Of a DNA stretch of 64,000 nucleotides, positions 31,418 to 41,046 are shown in pieces. A program made the translations under genes and the position numbers. How positions within the stretch are numbered: position 1 is the first letter of the stretch; each line of letters starts with the position of its first letter. The notes under the pieces are model-generated. The model was not told the DNA's origin. It did not search any database and worked only from the letters and a program-made list of their open reading frames with translations. This stretch comes from Bacteroidota bacterium (lineage in GTDB: Bacteria > Bacteroidota > Bacteroidia > Flavobacteriales > Flavobacteriaceae), in the NCBI GenBank assembly GCA_027621175.1, contig JAQCCM010000003.1, forward strand, positions 24,845-88,844, given 5' to 3'.

Positions 31418-32101
31418 TTGGGAGCATCAAAAAACATTGTGATTACAGGAGCAAGCAGGGGAATAGGCTTGGCTATGACACAATGGTTTTCAGACAATCA
31501 GCATCATGTTTGGGTATTGTCGCGTAACATCGCACCTATTGTAGCCCTTAACGCTCCAAATGTTCACGCATTTTCGTTAGATATCTCTGATGATAAAGCC
31601 TTGCAGAAATGGTCAACTTCCTTCGCTCCAAAATCTGTTGATGTACTCATTAATAACGCAGGAAAACTCGTCAACAAGCCTTTTTCAGAAACCTCGCAGT
31701 CCGATTTTGAATCGGTTTACAAAGTCAATGTATTTGGTTTGGCGAACCTGACGCGAATTTTGCTGCCAAAAATGAATTCCGATAGTCATATTGTGAATAT
31801 CAGCAGTATGGGCGGATTAAATGGAACATCAAAATTTCCAGGATTAGCAGCCTATAGCAGCAGCAAAGGCGCTGTATCCATACTTACTGAATTGCTCGCG
31901 GAGGAATTTAAAGAAACTGGGCCCTCTGTAAATGCCTTAGCACTTGGTGCTGTGCAAACTGAAATGCTTTCTGAAGCTTTTCCAGGTTTGGATGTTCCCA
32001 TGGATGCTAAAACCATGGCAGCTTATATCGCACAATTTGCTTTAACGGGACACCAATTCTATAATGGTAAAGTGCTTCCTGTTTCGAACACCACCCCTTA
32101 A
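31418..32101 (+). CDS. Short-chain dehydrogenase/reductase (SDR) family oxidoreductase
   Basis: Cofactor motif ITGASRGIG, NNAG and catalytic YSSSK. A TTG start is required because the next ATG would remove the Rossmann motif. Confidence 0.85.
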   Translation: MGASKNIVITGASRGIGLAMTQWFSDNQHHVWVLSRNIAPIVALNAPNVHAFSLDISDDKALQKWSTSFAPKSVDVLINNAGKLVNKPFSETSQSDFESVYKVNVFGLANLTRILLPKMNSDSHIVNISSMGGLNGTSKFPGLAAYSSSKGAVSILTELLAEEFKETGPSVNALALGAVQTEMLSEAFPGLDVPMDAKTMAAYIAQFALTGHQFYNGKVLPVSNTTP

Positions 32102-32694
32102 TGAATCTCGATTTTTATTCTTTTTTGCCAACGGCAGCACAGGAAAAATGTGCTTCGCTGATTGGAGATAATAATGTTCAGATAAAAGTGGTGCGCCAAC
32201 GTAAAACCAAACATGGTGATTTTCGTGTACAACGAGGTAAGCCCGTTACCATTACGCTTAATGCTATGGAAAATCCATACCGATTTTTGCTCACTTTTTT
32301 GCACGAGTGGGCGCATTATGTCGTATTTACCTCCTATAGAAGAAGACAAAAACCCCACGGCACAACTTGGCAAAACACTTTTCAAGCGTTGACAACTCCT
32401 TTTTTAACTGCTGATTTTTTCCCTGAACCACTGTTAAAACCTTTGCAAAAACATATGCAAAAACCAAAGGCTACCTTTGCTGCAGATGCTTCGCTCGTGC
32501 TTGCATTACGTCAGTTTGACCCTCCCAACGATAAAAAATGTATTTTTGAATTGGAAGAAGGCATACTATTTCGTGTTTCGGATGGACGTATTTTTCAAAA
32601 AGGAACAAAGCGTCGCACACGATTTGTATGCACTTGTACCCAAACCAAAAGGCGGTATTTATTCCCCCCTTTTGTACAAGTTAATGAAATGTAA
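32101..32694 (+). CDS. SprT-like zinc-metallopeptidase-domain protein
   Basis: HExxH motif (FLHEWAHYV) followed by KPHGTTW. Size and layout match SprT-like proteins. Confidence 0.6.
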   Translation: MNLDFYSFLPTAAQEKCASLIGDNNVQIKVVRQRKTKHGDFRVQRGKPVTITLNAMENPYRFLLTFLHEWAHYVVFTSYRRRQKPHGTTWQNTFQALTTPFLTADFFPEPLLKPLQKHMQKPKATFAADASLVLALRQFDPPNDKKCIFELEEGILFRVSDGRIFQKGTKRRTRFVCTCTQTKRRYLFPPFVQVNEM

Positions 32695-33758
32695 TGGAGT
32701 CTAAATTTAACTTTTCCGAATCAAATGATCAACAGAAATCTCTGAAGAAAAAAGGCGGATTTGTTGCTCAACTTAAATATTTAGGGCAATTGTTACATAT
32801 TGCGCGCGATACAGATTATGCGGCTACCTTAGAAGCTGTTCGTGCAGATATCCCATTTAGAGGCGCCACTGCTTGGGTACTGATTTGCTCCATTTTTATT
32901 GCCTGTATTGGCTTAAACACCAATGCTACTGCAGTAGTAATTGGCGCCATGCTTATTGCGCCATTGATGGGTCCCGTGTTAGCAACAGGAGTTTCGTTAG
33001 CCATTAATGACTTAACCATGCTCAAACAAGCCACACAAAACTTTATTGTCATGGTAGTGTTAAGTGTGGCAACAGCTACCTTATTCTTTTTATTTTTCCC
33101 CCTTCAACAAGAATCATCAGAATTGTTGGCACGAACACGTCCGGATATACGGGATGTATTCATCGCCTTTTGTGGAGGTGCAGCATTAGCCATTGCAAGA
33201 ACAAAAAAGGGAACGATTGCTTCTGTTATTTTTGGCGTTGCTATTGCTACTGCGCTCATGCCCCCATTGTGTACCATTGGCTATGGCGTTGCAGTAGCAA
33301 ATCCCGGATATGCGTTGGGTGCGCTGTATTTGTTTTTTATCAACGCTACATTCATTGCATTTGCTTCTTTTTTGGTTGTTAAGCTTTTGCGTTTCCCCAT
33401 GATTCAGTATGCAGACTCCAAGCAGCGAAGACGGACGGCTAGGTTTGTGAGTTTTATAGCACTTTTGGTTATGATTCCAGCTGGAATAACCTTTAGTCGT
33501 GCACTTAAAGAAAACACATTCCGAAAAGAAGTAAATGTTTTTTTGGATGACCATATTTCTAAATTGCCTTTTGGAAATTACTTAAGCAAGTCAGCAGAAA
33601 TATACTATATCCGAGGTGAGCGATTAGAAATTGTTTTGAACCCGTTAGGTTTAGTTGATATTGACTCCGAAACAAAGATAAAATTGCAAGAGGATATAAA
33701 AAACTACGACAATTTGGAAAAAGCCACTTTAACAATAGTGCCAAGCGTCCGGGAGTAA
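32694..33758 (+). CDS. DUF389-type hydrophobic membrane protein
   Basis: Multiple transmembrane segments and the pattern RPDIRDVFIAFCGGAALAIA...LMPPLCTIGYG, which I recall from DUF389. TAATG overlap with the upstream gene. Confidence 0.6.
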   Translation: MESKFNFSESNDQQKSLKKKGGFVAQLKYLGQLLHIARDTDYAATLEAVRADIPFRGATAWVLICSIFIACIGLNTNATAVVIGAMLIAPLMGPVLATGVSLAINDLTMLKQATQNFIVMVVLSVATATLFFLFFPLQQESSELLARTRPDIRDVFIAFCGGAALAIARTKKGTIASVIFGVAIATALMPPLCTIGYGVAVANPGYALGALYLFFINATFIAFASFLVVKLLRFPMIQYADSKQRRRTARFVSFIALLVMIPAGITFSRALKENTFRKEVNVFLDDHISKLPFGNYLSKSAEIYYIRGERLEIVLNPLGLVDIDSETKIKLQEDIKNYDNLEKATLTIVPSVRE

Positions 33759-33759
33759 T

Positions 33760-34515
33760 TTATTGATATAACTCTTTTACTCTTTTCATTAAATTTGAAG
33801 AATACACAAAGTCGTTAATGGCTTCGTTGTCCGTTTTGAAGACAAGCTCTTTCCTGCCTTCCCAAGCTTTTAAGCCATCTTTTAAAAACAAAATACTATC
33901 GCCAATTTCCATTACAGAATTCATGTCGTGCGAATTTATCACTGTTGTAATATTGTTTTCTTGTGTGATTTCTCGAATAAGATTATCGATTACTATGGCT
34001 GTTTTGGGATCTAATCCAGAGTTTGGCTCATCACAAAACAAGTATTTAGGTTTCATTACTATGGCACGTGCAATAGCCACACGTTTTTGCATTCCACCCG
34101 ATAATTCGGCCGGGAGTTTATGATGTGCATCCACTAAATTCACACGTTCAATAACTTCTTCTGCCGCTTTTCGCATAACGGCTTCGCTTTGTTTGGTAAG
34201 CATTTGCATTGGGAACATAACGTTTTCTAAAACGTTCATGGAATCGAAAAGAGCACTTCCCTGAAAGACCATTCCCATTTCACGACGTAGTGTTCTTCGC
34301 TCACCTTCGCTCATTTCACCATATGCTTGTTGGCTAAAAAGCATCGACCCGCCATCGGTTTGGTGTAATCCTAACAAGCACTTGAGTAAAACTGTTTTTC
34401 CAGAACCGCTTTGTCCAATAATCAGATTGGTTTTTCCTGGCTCAAAAGTCATACTTATACCTTTTAGAACTTCTTTTCCATCAAAGGATTTTGTTATGTC
34501 ACGTAGTTCAATCAT
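33760..34515 (-). CDS. ABC transporter ATP-binding protein, MlaF-like
   Basis: Walker A GQSGSGKT, signature LSGGMQKRVAIARA and Walker B LFCDEP. Confidence 0.88.
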   Translation of the reverse strand: MIELRDITKSFDGKEVLKGISMTFEPGKTNLIIGQSGSGKTVLLKCLLGLHQTDGGSMLFSQQAYGEMSEGERRTLRREMGMVFQGSALFDSMNVLENVMFPMQMLTKQSEAVMRKAAEEVIERVNLVDAHHKLPAELSGGMQKRVAIARAIVMKPKYLFCDEPNSGLDPKTAIVIDNLIREITQENNITTVINSHDMNSVMEIGDSILFLKDGLKAWEGRKELVFKTDNEAINDFVYSSNLMKRVKELYQ

Positions 34516-35252
34516 CAGGCAAGTAGGAGTTGAGTTACGATATAATTCAGTACAATAATCACAACGGAAGTCCAGACAAAAGCTACCGTAGCTGCTTTCC
34601 CAACTTCTAAGGCGCCACCTTTCATAAAATACCCATGGTACGATGGAATCGTTGCTAGAACCATAGCAAATATGAGTGTTTTGACGAAAGCATATACCAC
34701 GTGAAAAGGCTTAAAGTCCATCTGAATTCCTTCAATAAAATCAGCACTACTTGAAAATCCGCCATATAGCGTGGCAACATAGCCACCCAAGATGCCCAAA
34801 AACATAGAAATATTGATTACAAAAGGAAGTAATAACATGGCAATGATTTTTGGAAAAACTAAATAATTTACAGAGTTAATCCCCATTACTTCTAGTGCAT
34901 CAATCTGTTCCGTTACGCGCATGGTGCCTATGCTTGAAGTAATGTATGACCCCACTTTCCCAGCCAAAATAATGCACATAAATGTGGGTGCAAATTCGAG
35001 AATGACCGATTGCCGTGTAGCAAAGCCAACGAGATTTTTGGGTATTAGCGGACTTTCAATGTTTAGGGCTGTTTGAATGGAAACCACACCACCTACAAAA
35101 AAAGATAAAAACGCAACAATACCTAACGACCCTATTATGAGATCTTGAATGTCTTGAAATACGAGTTTTCGCATCACTTTTGCTTTGGCAGGTTTGACGA
35201 AAACCATTCTAAGCATTAGTAAATAAGCGCCAACGTGATGTAAAAATTTCAT
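34515..35252 (-). CDS. MlaE-family ABC transporter permease
   Basis: About 245 aa polytopic protein upstream of, and overlapping, the MlaF-like ATPase gene. Contains ...MRVTEQIDALEVMGI... Confidence 0.8.
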   Translation of the reverse strand: MKFLHHVGAYLLMLRMVFVKPAKAKVMRKLVFQDIQDLIIGSLGIVAFLSFFVGGVVSIQTALNIESPLIPKNLVGFATRQSVILEFAPTFMCIILAGKVGSYITSSIGTMRVTEQIDALEVMGINSVNYLVFPKIIAMLLLPFVINISMFLGILGGYVATLYGGFSSSADFIEGIQMDFKPFHVVYAFVKTLIFAMVLATIPSYHGYFMKGGALEVGKAATVAFVWTSVVIIVLNYIVTQLLLA

Positions 35253-35307
35253 GCAAACGAATGTAAAAAAATAATGTTACTATAATATAAGAACTAGCAT
35301 AAAAAAA

Positions 35308-35315
35308 TACATTTG
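35308..35315 (+). promoter_or_regulatory. Candidate -7 promoter box (TACATTTG) for the phosphatase gene
   Basis: Perfect TAnnTTTG, 15 nt upstream of the ATG at 35331. Confidence 0.5.
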
Positions 35316-35330
35316 TAAAAAATCCAACTT

Positions 35331-36968
35331 ATGAACGCAAAACATGTTGCTCTGTTTGCTCTACTGACTGTAATCGCATGTAATACACCAATTCAACCCT
35401 CAAAGCCCAAACTTGTTGTAGGTATTGTGGTAGATCAAATGCGAGTAGATTACCTGACTCGATTTGAAAACCACATTGGTAAAGATGGGTTTAGACGATT
35501 TTACAACCAAGGATTTGTGGCAAAAAACCATCACTTTGACTATGCACAGACGAAAACGGGTCCTGGTCATGCGAGTATTTCATCAGGAACACCTCCTGCT
35601 ATTCATGGGATTATTGCCAATGATTGGTTTGATAAAACCACGGGGGTTAAGCAATATTGTGTCGATGATGCCTCTTATAAAAGCGTTGGAACATTAACCG
35701 ATGCGGGAGAAAAAGCACCGACACAGTTTTTGGCTTCTACGTTTTCAGACGAAAACAGATTGGCAACACAATTTCGAGGTAAGTCCATTGGTGTTTCGAT
35801 CAAAGACAGAGGTGCTATTTTGTCCATTGGACATGCCGCAAATGGGGCTTACTGGTTTTCAGGAAAGAACGACGGTATGTTTGTGAGCAGTACTTTTTAT
35901 ATGGATGCGCTTCCGAAATGGGCAACAGATTTTAACGCGAATAGGGGTATTGACAATTATTTGACTACGTGGGACACCTATTATCCCATAGATTCCTATG
36001 TTGAGTCTGGCTCTGATAACACACCATATGAGCGTATTTTTAAGGGCAGGGAAACACCAACTTTTCCTTACCATTTGGATGAATTGACTTCAGAGAATGA
36101 TGGATATGATATTATAAAAGAAACTCCTTTTGGTAATAGTTTGATTACAGATTTTGCTTTGGAGGCGTTGCAAGGTGAAGCCTTAGGAACTGATGAAGAT
36201 GCGGATATTTTGATGATTAGTTATTCTTCTACAGATTACGTTGGGCACGCCTTTGGCGTAAATTCAAAAGAGGTTCAGGACACCTACGTTCGGTTAGATT
36301 TGGATTTAGCACGTTTGTTTGCTGCCCTTGATAAGCAAGTGGGAAAAGGAAATTATACGGTTTTTTTAACTTCAGATCATGGTGTTGCACATGTGCCACT
36401 TTATTTAATGGATAACAATATTCCTGCAGGGTATTTTATGAAAAATGACTTTGTGAAGAAATTAAAAAAACATATAACAGACTATTTTGGTTCAGATAAA
36501 ATCATCCGAAACGTGTCGAATAACGAAATTCACTTGAACTACGCGGAAATAGCAGCTCAGCGTTTTGATGTAAATCAAATCAAATCGGTTATCACTTCAT
36601 TTACAACTTCCTTCAAGGGTATTGCGGTAGCATATGATAGCGAGGAACTTATGAAAATGAATAAAAGCAACGCCCTCATCGAACGTTTACAACGCGGTTT
36701 TCATCCAAAACGCTCAGGTGATGTTGTGTTTGTTTTAGAACCTGGCTATATGGACAATGGGAAATATGGCACAAAAGGAACCACGCACGGCTCAGCATAT
36801 ATATATGACACACATGTTCCGCTCATGTTATTTGGTGAAGGGGTAAGAAAAGGACACACTTTTGAGCACACAAATATTACAGATATTGCACCTACAATTT
36901 GTGCTATTTTGGGTGTTAGTAACCCCACGGGAACAATTGGAAACCCAATCAAAGAGGCGTTAAAATAA
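35331..36968 (+). CDS. pafA: Alkaline phosphatase / nucleotide pyrophosphatase family lipoprotein (PafA-like)
   Basis: Lipobox LTVIAC. Metal and nucleophile regions VVDQMR, TGPGHASISSGT, STDYVGHAFG and SDHG. About 545 aa, as for flavobacterial PafA. Confidence 0.7.
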   Translation: MNAKHVALFALLTVIACNTPIQPSKPKLVVGIVVDQMRVDYLTRFENHIGKDGFRRFYNQGFVAKNHHFDYAQTKTGPGHASISSGTPPAIHGIIANDWFDKTTGVKQYCVDDASYKSVGTLTDAGEKAPTQFLASTFSDENRLATQFRGKSIGVSIKDRGAILSIGHAANGAYWFSGKNDGMFVSSTFYMDALPKWATDFNANRGIDNYLTTWDTYYPIDSYVESGSDNTPYERIFKGRETPTFPYHLDELTSENDGYDIIKETPFGNSLITDFALEALQGEALGTDEDADILMISYSSTDYVGHAFGVNSKEVQDTYVRLDLDLARLFAALDKQVGKGNYTVFLTSDHGVAHVPLYLMDNNIPAGYFMKNDFVKKLKKHITDYFGSDKIIRNVSNNEIHLNYAEIAAQRFDVNQIKSVITSFTTSFKGIAVAYDSEELMKMNKSNALIERLQRGFHPKRSGDVVFVLEPGYMDNGKYGTKGTTHGSAYIYDTHVPLMLFGEGVRKGHTFEHTNITDIAPTICAILGVSNPTGTIGNPIKEALK

Positions 36969-36970
36969 TA

Positions 36971-38029
36971 CTAAAACTTATAAGAGAACGCATTGATGTT
37001 CATTCCTGCGCCTACACTAGCAAAAAGGGCAATATCACCCTCTTGAATCTCGTGATTTTCCATTTGGTTTCGCTTTACCAAATCTAAAAGTGTGGGTACG
37101 GTAGCCACAGAACTATTTCCCAGTTTATGAATGCTAATGGGTAACACATTTTCGGGTTGTGGGTGTCGGTACAGCCTATAAAATCGTTTTACAATGGCTT
37201 CGTCCATTTTCTCATTGGCTTGATGCAAAAACACTTTTGACAATGCGCTAATTTCTTCACCACTCTTGTCTAAGCAATTTTTTAACGCTTGTGGCACATG
37301 GCTGATGGCAAATTCATATACCTTCCGCCCATACATTTTTATGTATTTTTCGGTAGGTTTAGCATCTGGTTCGTACGATTTTGCAGCATAAATGTAAAAG
37401 GCCTCTCCATTACTAAAGGTTTGTGTGCAATGACTTAAAATCCCACCCTCTTTTTCTGTTTCTTCAATTATAGTTGCGCCTGCACCATCGGCAAAAATCA
37501 TGGAATCTCTGTCGCTTGAATCTGTAATTCTTGAGAGAGTGTCAGCCCCAATAACCAAGCATTTTTTTGCCATTCCCGCTTTGATAAAGGCTTGCGCCTG
37601 AATCACACCCTCTATCCAGCCTGGACAACCAAAAATAACATCATAGGCTACGCAGTTTGGATTTTGAATCTGCAATTGATGCTTTACGCGCGTAGCAAGT
37701 GAGGGCAACATTTCCGTTTGGATACATCCATGTTCAATGTCGCCAAAATTATGCGCTACGATGATATAATCCAGTGTTTCGGGATCTAGTGCAGCATCTT
37801 CTATGGCTTTTTCCGCAGCTAAAAATGCGAGGTCAGAAGCCGTTTGATGGGGTTTGGCATAACGACGCTCTTCAATACCCGTAATGGCTTTGAACTTTTC
37901 AATAATATCATCATTTTCATTGTTAAATGGACTGCCGTCTGTATCTAAAAATGAATGGTTGATAAAGTCCTCGTTTCTTTCGGTGTGAGTAGGAACGTAG
38001 CTTCCAACGCCAGTGATGTGAATTCCCAT
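36971..38029 (-). CDS. 3-oxoacyl-ACP synthase III (FabH-like) family protein
   Basis: Active-site Cys region FGCPGW, plus HQAN and GNSSVATVP. Confidence 0.8.
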   Translation of the reverse strand: MGIHITGVGSYVPTHTERNEDFINHSFLDTDGSPFNNENDDIIEKFKAITGIEERRYAKPHQTASDLAFLAAEKAIEDAALDPETLDYIIVAHNFGDIEHGCIQTEMLPSLATRVKHQLQIQNPNCVAYDVIFGCPGWIEGVIQAQAFIKAGMAKKCLVIGADTLSRITDSSDRDSMIFADGAGATIIEETEKEGGILSHCTQTFSNGEAFYIYAAKSYEPDAKPTEKYIKMYGRKVYEFAISHVPQALKNCLDKSGEEISALSKVFLHQANEKMDEAIVKRFYRLYRHPQPENVLPISIHKLGNSSVATVPTLLDLVKRNQMENHEIQEGDIALFASVGAGMNINAFSYKF

Positions 38030-38069
38030 TGGGTTTAGTTAGATTGATAAATAGCTTTAAACTATTGTT

Positions 38070-38077
38070 CAAAGATA
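38070..38077 (-). promoter_or_regulatory. Candidate -7 promoter box (TATCTTTG on the minus strand) for the fabH-like gene
   Basis: The plus strand reads CAAAGATA, 40 nt upstream of the start at 38029. Confidence 0.4.
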
Positions 38078-38099
38078 AAAATAATTTTTAGCTGTTCCC

Positions 38100-40967
38100 T
38101 TATTGGTTATTCGTTTGCGCTACTTCTTTATTGGAATACGATTCGATGGGCGCACATGTACACACCAAGTTTCGGTCACCAAAAGCTTCATCAACACGCT
38201 GGACGCTGGCCCAAAATTTATTTTCACGTACATATTGTAATGGATATGCGGCTTCATCTCTAGTGTAAGGAAGTTCCCATTCATGTGCTGTAAGTTGAGC
38301 TAAGGTATGCGGTGCATTTCGAAGCATATTATTTTCTTGGTTTGCGTCACTGGCTTCAATCTCATAACGAATAGAAATCAGCGCTTCGCAAAAGCGATCA
38401 AGTTCCTCTTTGTTCTCACTCTCGGTTGGTTCAATCATCATCGTTCCAGCTACTGGAAATGAAACAGTAGGCGCGTGAAAGCCGTAATCAATAAGCCTCT
38501 TGGCAATGTCCATTACTTCAACACCTTTTTCTTTAAAGGCACGACAATCAATGATAAATTCATGTGCTGCTCTGTTATTGTCTCCGCTATACAATACGGG
38601 GTAATGCTTCGCAATACGTTCTTTGATGTAGTTTGCGTTTAGAATGGCAATTTCGGTGGATTTTTTTAGTCCATCTGCACCTAGTAATCGGATATAGGCA
38701 TATGAAATTAAACACGCTAAAGCAGAACCAAAAGGTGCAGCAGAAAGCGCGGAGATCCCTTGTTTTCCACTTGTTGGTACAATAACGTGGCTCGGTAAAA
38801 AAGGAACAAGATGTTCAGCAACACAAATGGGTCCTACGCCTGGGCCGCCGCCGCCGTGTGGAATTGCAAATGTCTTATGCAGGTTTAAATGACAAACATC
38901 AGCGCCGATAGCTGCAGGGTTTGTAAGTCCTACTTGTGCATTCATGTTTGCGCCGTCCATATAAATCTGACCCCCTTTACTATGAATATAAGCTGTTATT
39001 TCTTTAATAGCCGATTCAAAAACACCGTGTGTAGACGGATATGTAATCATCAGAGCTGCTAAATTTTCGGCATGTGTGTCCGCCTTTTGTTTTAAATCAT
39101 CAAGATCAATATTACCGCGCTCGTCTGTTCCCACCACAACTACATGCATGCCTGCCATGACTGCAGATGCCGGGTTTGTACCATGTGCTGATGCTGGAAT
39201 TAAACAAATATTTCTATTCGTATTGTTGTTTGCCTGATGATATGCTCGTATCACCATAAGTCCTGCAAATTCACCTTGAGCACCAGAGTTGGGTTGTAAT
39301 GATGTACCTCCAAATCCTGTAATTTCAGTAAGATAATCGGCAAGGTCATGCAGCATGTGTGTATATCCCTCCACTTGGTTTAGAGGAGCAAATGGGTGAA
39401 TGTTGTTCCATTGCGGATCGCTTAGCGCAAACATTTCGGTTGCTGCATTGAGTTTCATGGTACAAGAACCCAGGGCAATCATGGAATGGTTTAATGCCAA
39501 ATCTTTTCGCTCCAACGATTTGATATAACGCATCATACTGGTTTCTGCATGATAGCGGTGAAAAACATCGTGTGATAAAAACGTCGTACTGCGTTTGTAC
39601 GAATCTGGTATGCAGCTGTCTGTAAAAGTTATTTTTGTAATATCGCTGTTGGTAGCTTCCGCAAAAATTTCGATTAATGTTTCGATCTGCTTAGAATCTG
39701 TTGCCTCATTTACAGAAAGTGTCAATTCATTTTCATTGATATAACGCAGGTTTATATCCGCCTTTTCTGCCAATGGGCGTATCTTTTTTTCGGGTGCCTC
39801 AATCCAAAGTGTATCAAAGAATGCTTTGTTTTTTTGTCTGATGCCCAAACTACTTAATGCGGTATTTAGGGTACAGGCATTTTGATGTATTCTCGATGCA
39901 ATTTCTCTTAACCCTTTAGGACCGTGATACACGGCATACATGCCTGCCATAACAGCCAATAATACCTGTGCAGTACAGATATTAGATGTGGCTCGGTCTC
40001 TTTTGATGTGTTGCTCGCGTGTTTGTAACGCCATTCGCAACGCACGATTCCCCGATTTGTCTTGAGTCACACCAATAATTCTTCCGGGAATACTTCTTTT
40101 ATAATCTGTTTTGGTGGCAAAATAGGCAGCGTGCGGGCCTCCGTAACCAAGTGGAATGCCAAATCGTTGGGTGCTTCCCACAACAACATCTGCGCCCAGT
40201 GTTCCAGGGGCTTCCAAAAGTATCAAACTCATAAGGTCAGCAGCCACGGCCGTTTTTATTTCTGCCTCACTTGCAGCTTCAATAAAAGATTTCAAATCAG
40301 GAATGGCGCCATTAGATCCTGGATATTGCACTAGGGCTCCAAAATATTCATTGGACGGTACAAAATTTTTGGGTGTGCCGTAAATTAATGTAATCCCGAT
40401 AGGAGTTGCGCGTGTTTCCAACACAGATTTGGTTTGTGGTAAGGTGTTTTCATCTACAAAAAACAAGGAGGTATTGCTCTTTTTTTGCGCTCTAGTGCGT
40501 TGTCCAAATAGCAGGCTCATGGCCTCGGCTGCTGCCGTGGATTCGTCAAGCAGCGATGCATTTGCCAATTCCATTCCCGTAAGGTCTGTGACCATGGTTT
40601 GGAAATTTAGTAAGGCCTCCATTCTTCCTTGAGCAATTTCAGCTTGATAGGGCGTGTAAGCGGTGTACCAACCTGGATTTTCTAAAATATTACGCTGGAT
40701 TACGCCTGGTAAAATAGCTTCGTGATATCCCAATCCAATGAAAGAAGAAAAAACCTTATTCCGTTTTCCTAATGCTGAAATATGCTTTGAAAACGCATGC
40801 TCACTTATGGCAGCAGGAAGTGAAATAGGTTGTTTTAAACGAATTGCTTCTGGAAGTGTTTGTGCAACCAACTCATCAACCGATGAAGCATTAATTTCAG
40901 AAAGCATTAAAGCCTCCTCATTTTCGTTTGGGCCAACATGTCTAAAAACAAAACCTTGTGTATTCAT
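38100..40967 (-). CDS. gcvP: Glycine dehydrogenase (aminomethyl-transferring), glycine cleavage P protein
   Basis: 955 aa single-chain P protein with PLP-lysine region HLNLHKTFAIPHGGGGPG. Confidence 0.94.
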   Translation of the reverse strand: MNTQGFVFRHVGPNENEEALMLSEINASSVDELVAQTLPEAIRLKQPISLPAAISEHAFSKHISALGKRNKVFSSFIGLGYHEAILPGVIQRNILENPGWYTAYTPYQAEIAQGRMEALLNFQTMVTDLTGMELANASLLDESTAAAEAMSLLFGQRTRAQKKSNTSLFFVDENTLPQTKSVLETRATPIGITLIYGTPKNFVPSNEYFGALVQYPGSNGAIPDLKSFIEAASEAEIKTAVAADLMSLILLEAPGTLGADVVVGSTQRFGIPLGYGGPHAAYFATKTDYKRSIPGRIIGVTQDKSGNRALRMALQTREQHIKRDRATSNICTAQVLLAVMAGMYAVYHGPKGLREIASRIHQNACTLNTALSSLGIRQKNKAFFDTLWIEAPEKKIRPLAEKADINLRYINENELTLSVNEATDSKQIETLIEIFAEATNSDITKITFTDSCIPDSYKRSTTFLSHDVFHRYHAETSMMRYIKSLERKDLALNHSMIALGSCTMKLNAATEMFALSDPQWNNIHPFAPLNQVEGYTHMLHDLADYLTEITGFGGTSLQPNSGAQGEFAGLMVIRAYHQANNNTNRNICLIPASAHGTNPASAVMAGMHVVVVGTDERGNIDLDDLKQKADTHAENLAALMITYPSTHGVFESAIKEITAYIHSKGGQIYMDGANMNAQVGLTNPAAIGADVCHLNLHKTFAIPHGGGGPGVGPICVAEHLVPFLPSHVIVPTSGKQGISALSAAPFGSALACLISYAYIRLLGADGLKKSTEIAILNANYIKERIAKHYPVLYSGDNNRAAHEFIIDCRAFKEKGVEVMDIAKRLIDYGFHAPTVSFPVAGTMMIEPTESENKEELDRFCEALISIRYEIEASDANQENNMLRNAPHTLAQLTAHEWELPYTRDEAAYPLQYVRENKFWASVQRVDEAFGDRNLVCTCAPIESYSNKEVAQTNNQ

Positions 40968-40989
40968 AGCTTTACCATAAAGTTAAAAT

Positions 40990-40997
40990 CAAAGTTA
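40990..40997 (-). promoter_or_regulatory. Candidate -7 promoter box (TAACTTTG on the minus strand) for gcvP
   Basis: The plus strand reads CAAAGTTA, 22 nt upstream of the start at 40967. Confidence 0.45.
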
Positions 40998-41046
40998 ATT
41001 TTTTGCTGAACATCTTAAAATAGAACCTAATCATTTCACACTAAAG

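Noticed and set aside
38846-38860. GCC/GCCG trinucleotide run (ggccgccgccgccg) inside gcvP
   Set aside because: On the coding strand it encodes the conserved HGGGGPG glycine loop next to the PLP lysine. It is not a slippage-prone phase-variation tract.
40968-41046. Possible glycine or ZTP riboswitch upstream of gcvP
   Set aside because: Only 79 nt are available. There are no GGAGAG...CACCG-type glycine aptamer segments and no ZTP pseudoknot motif. A -7 box 22 nt from the start leaves no room for an aptamer.
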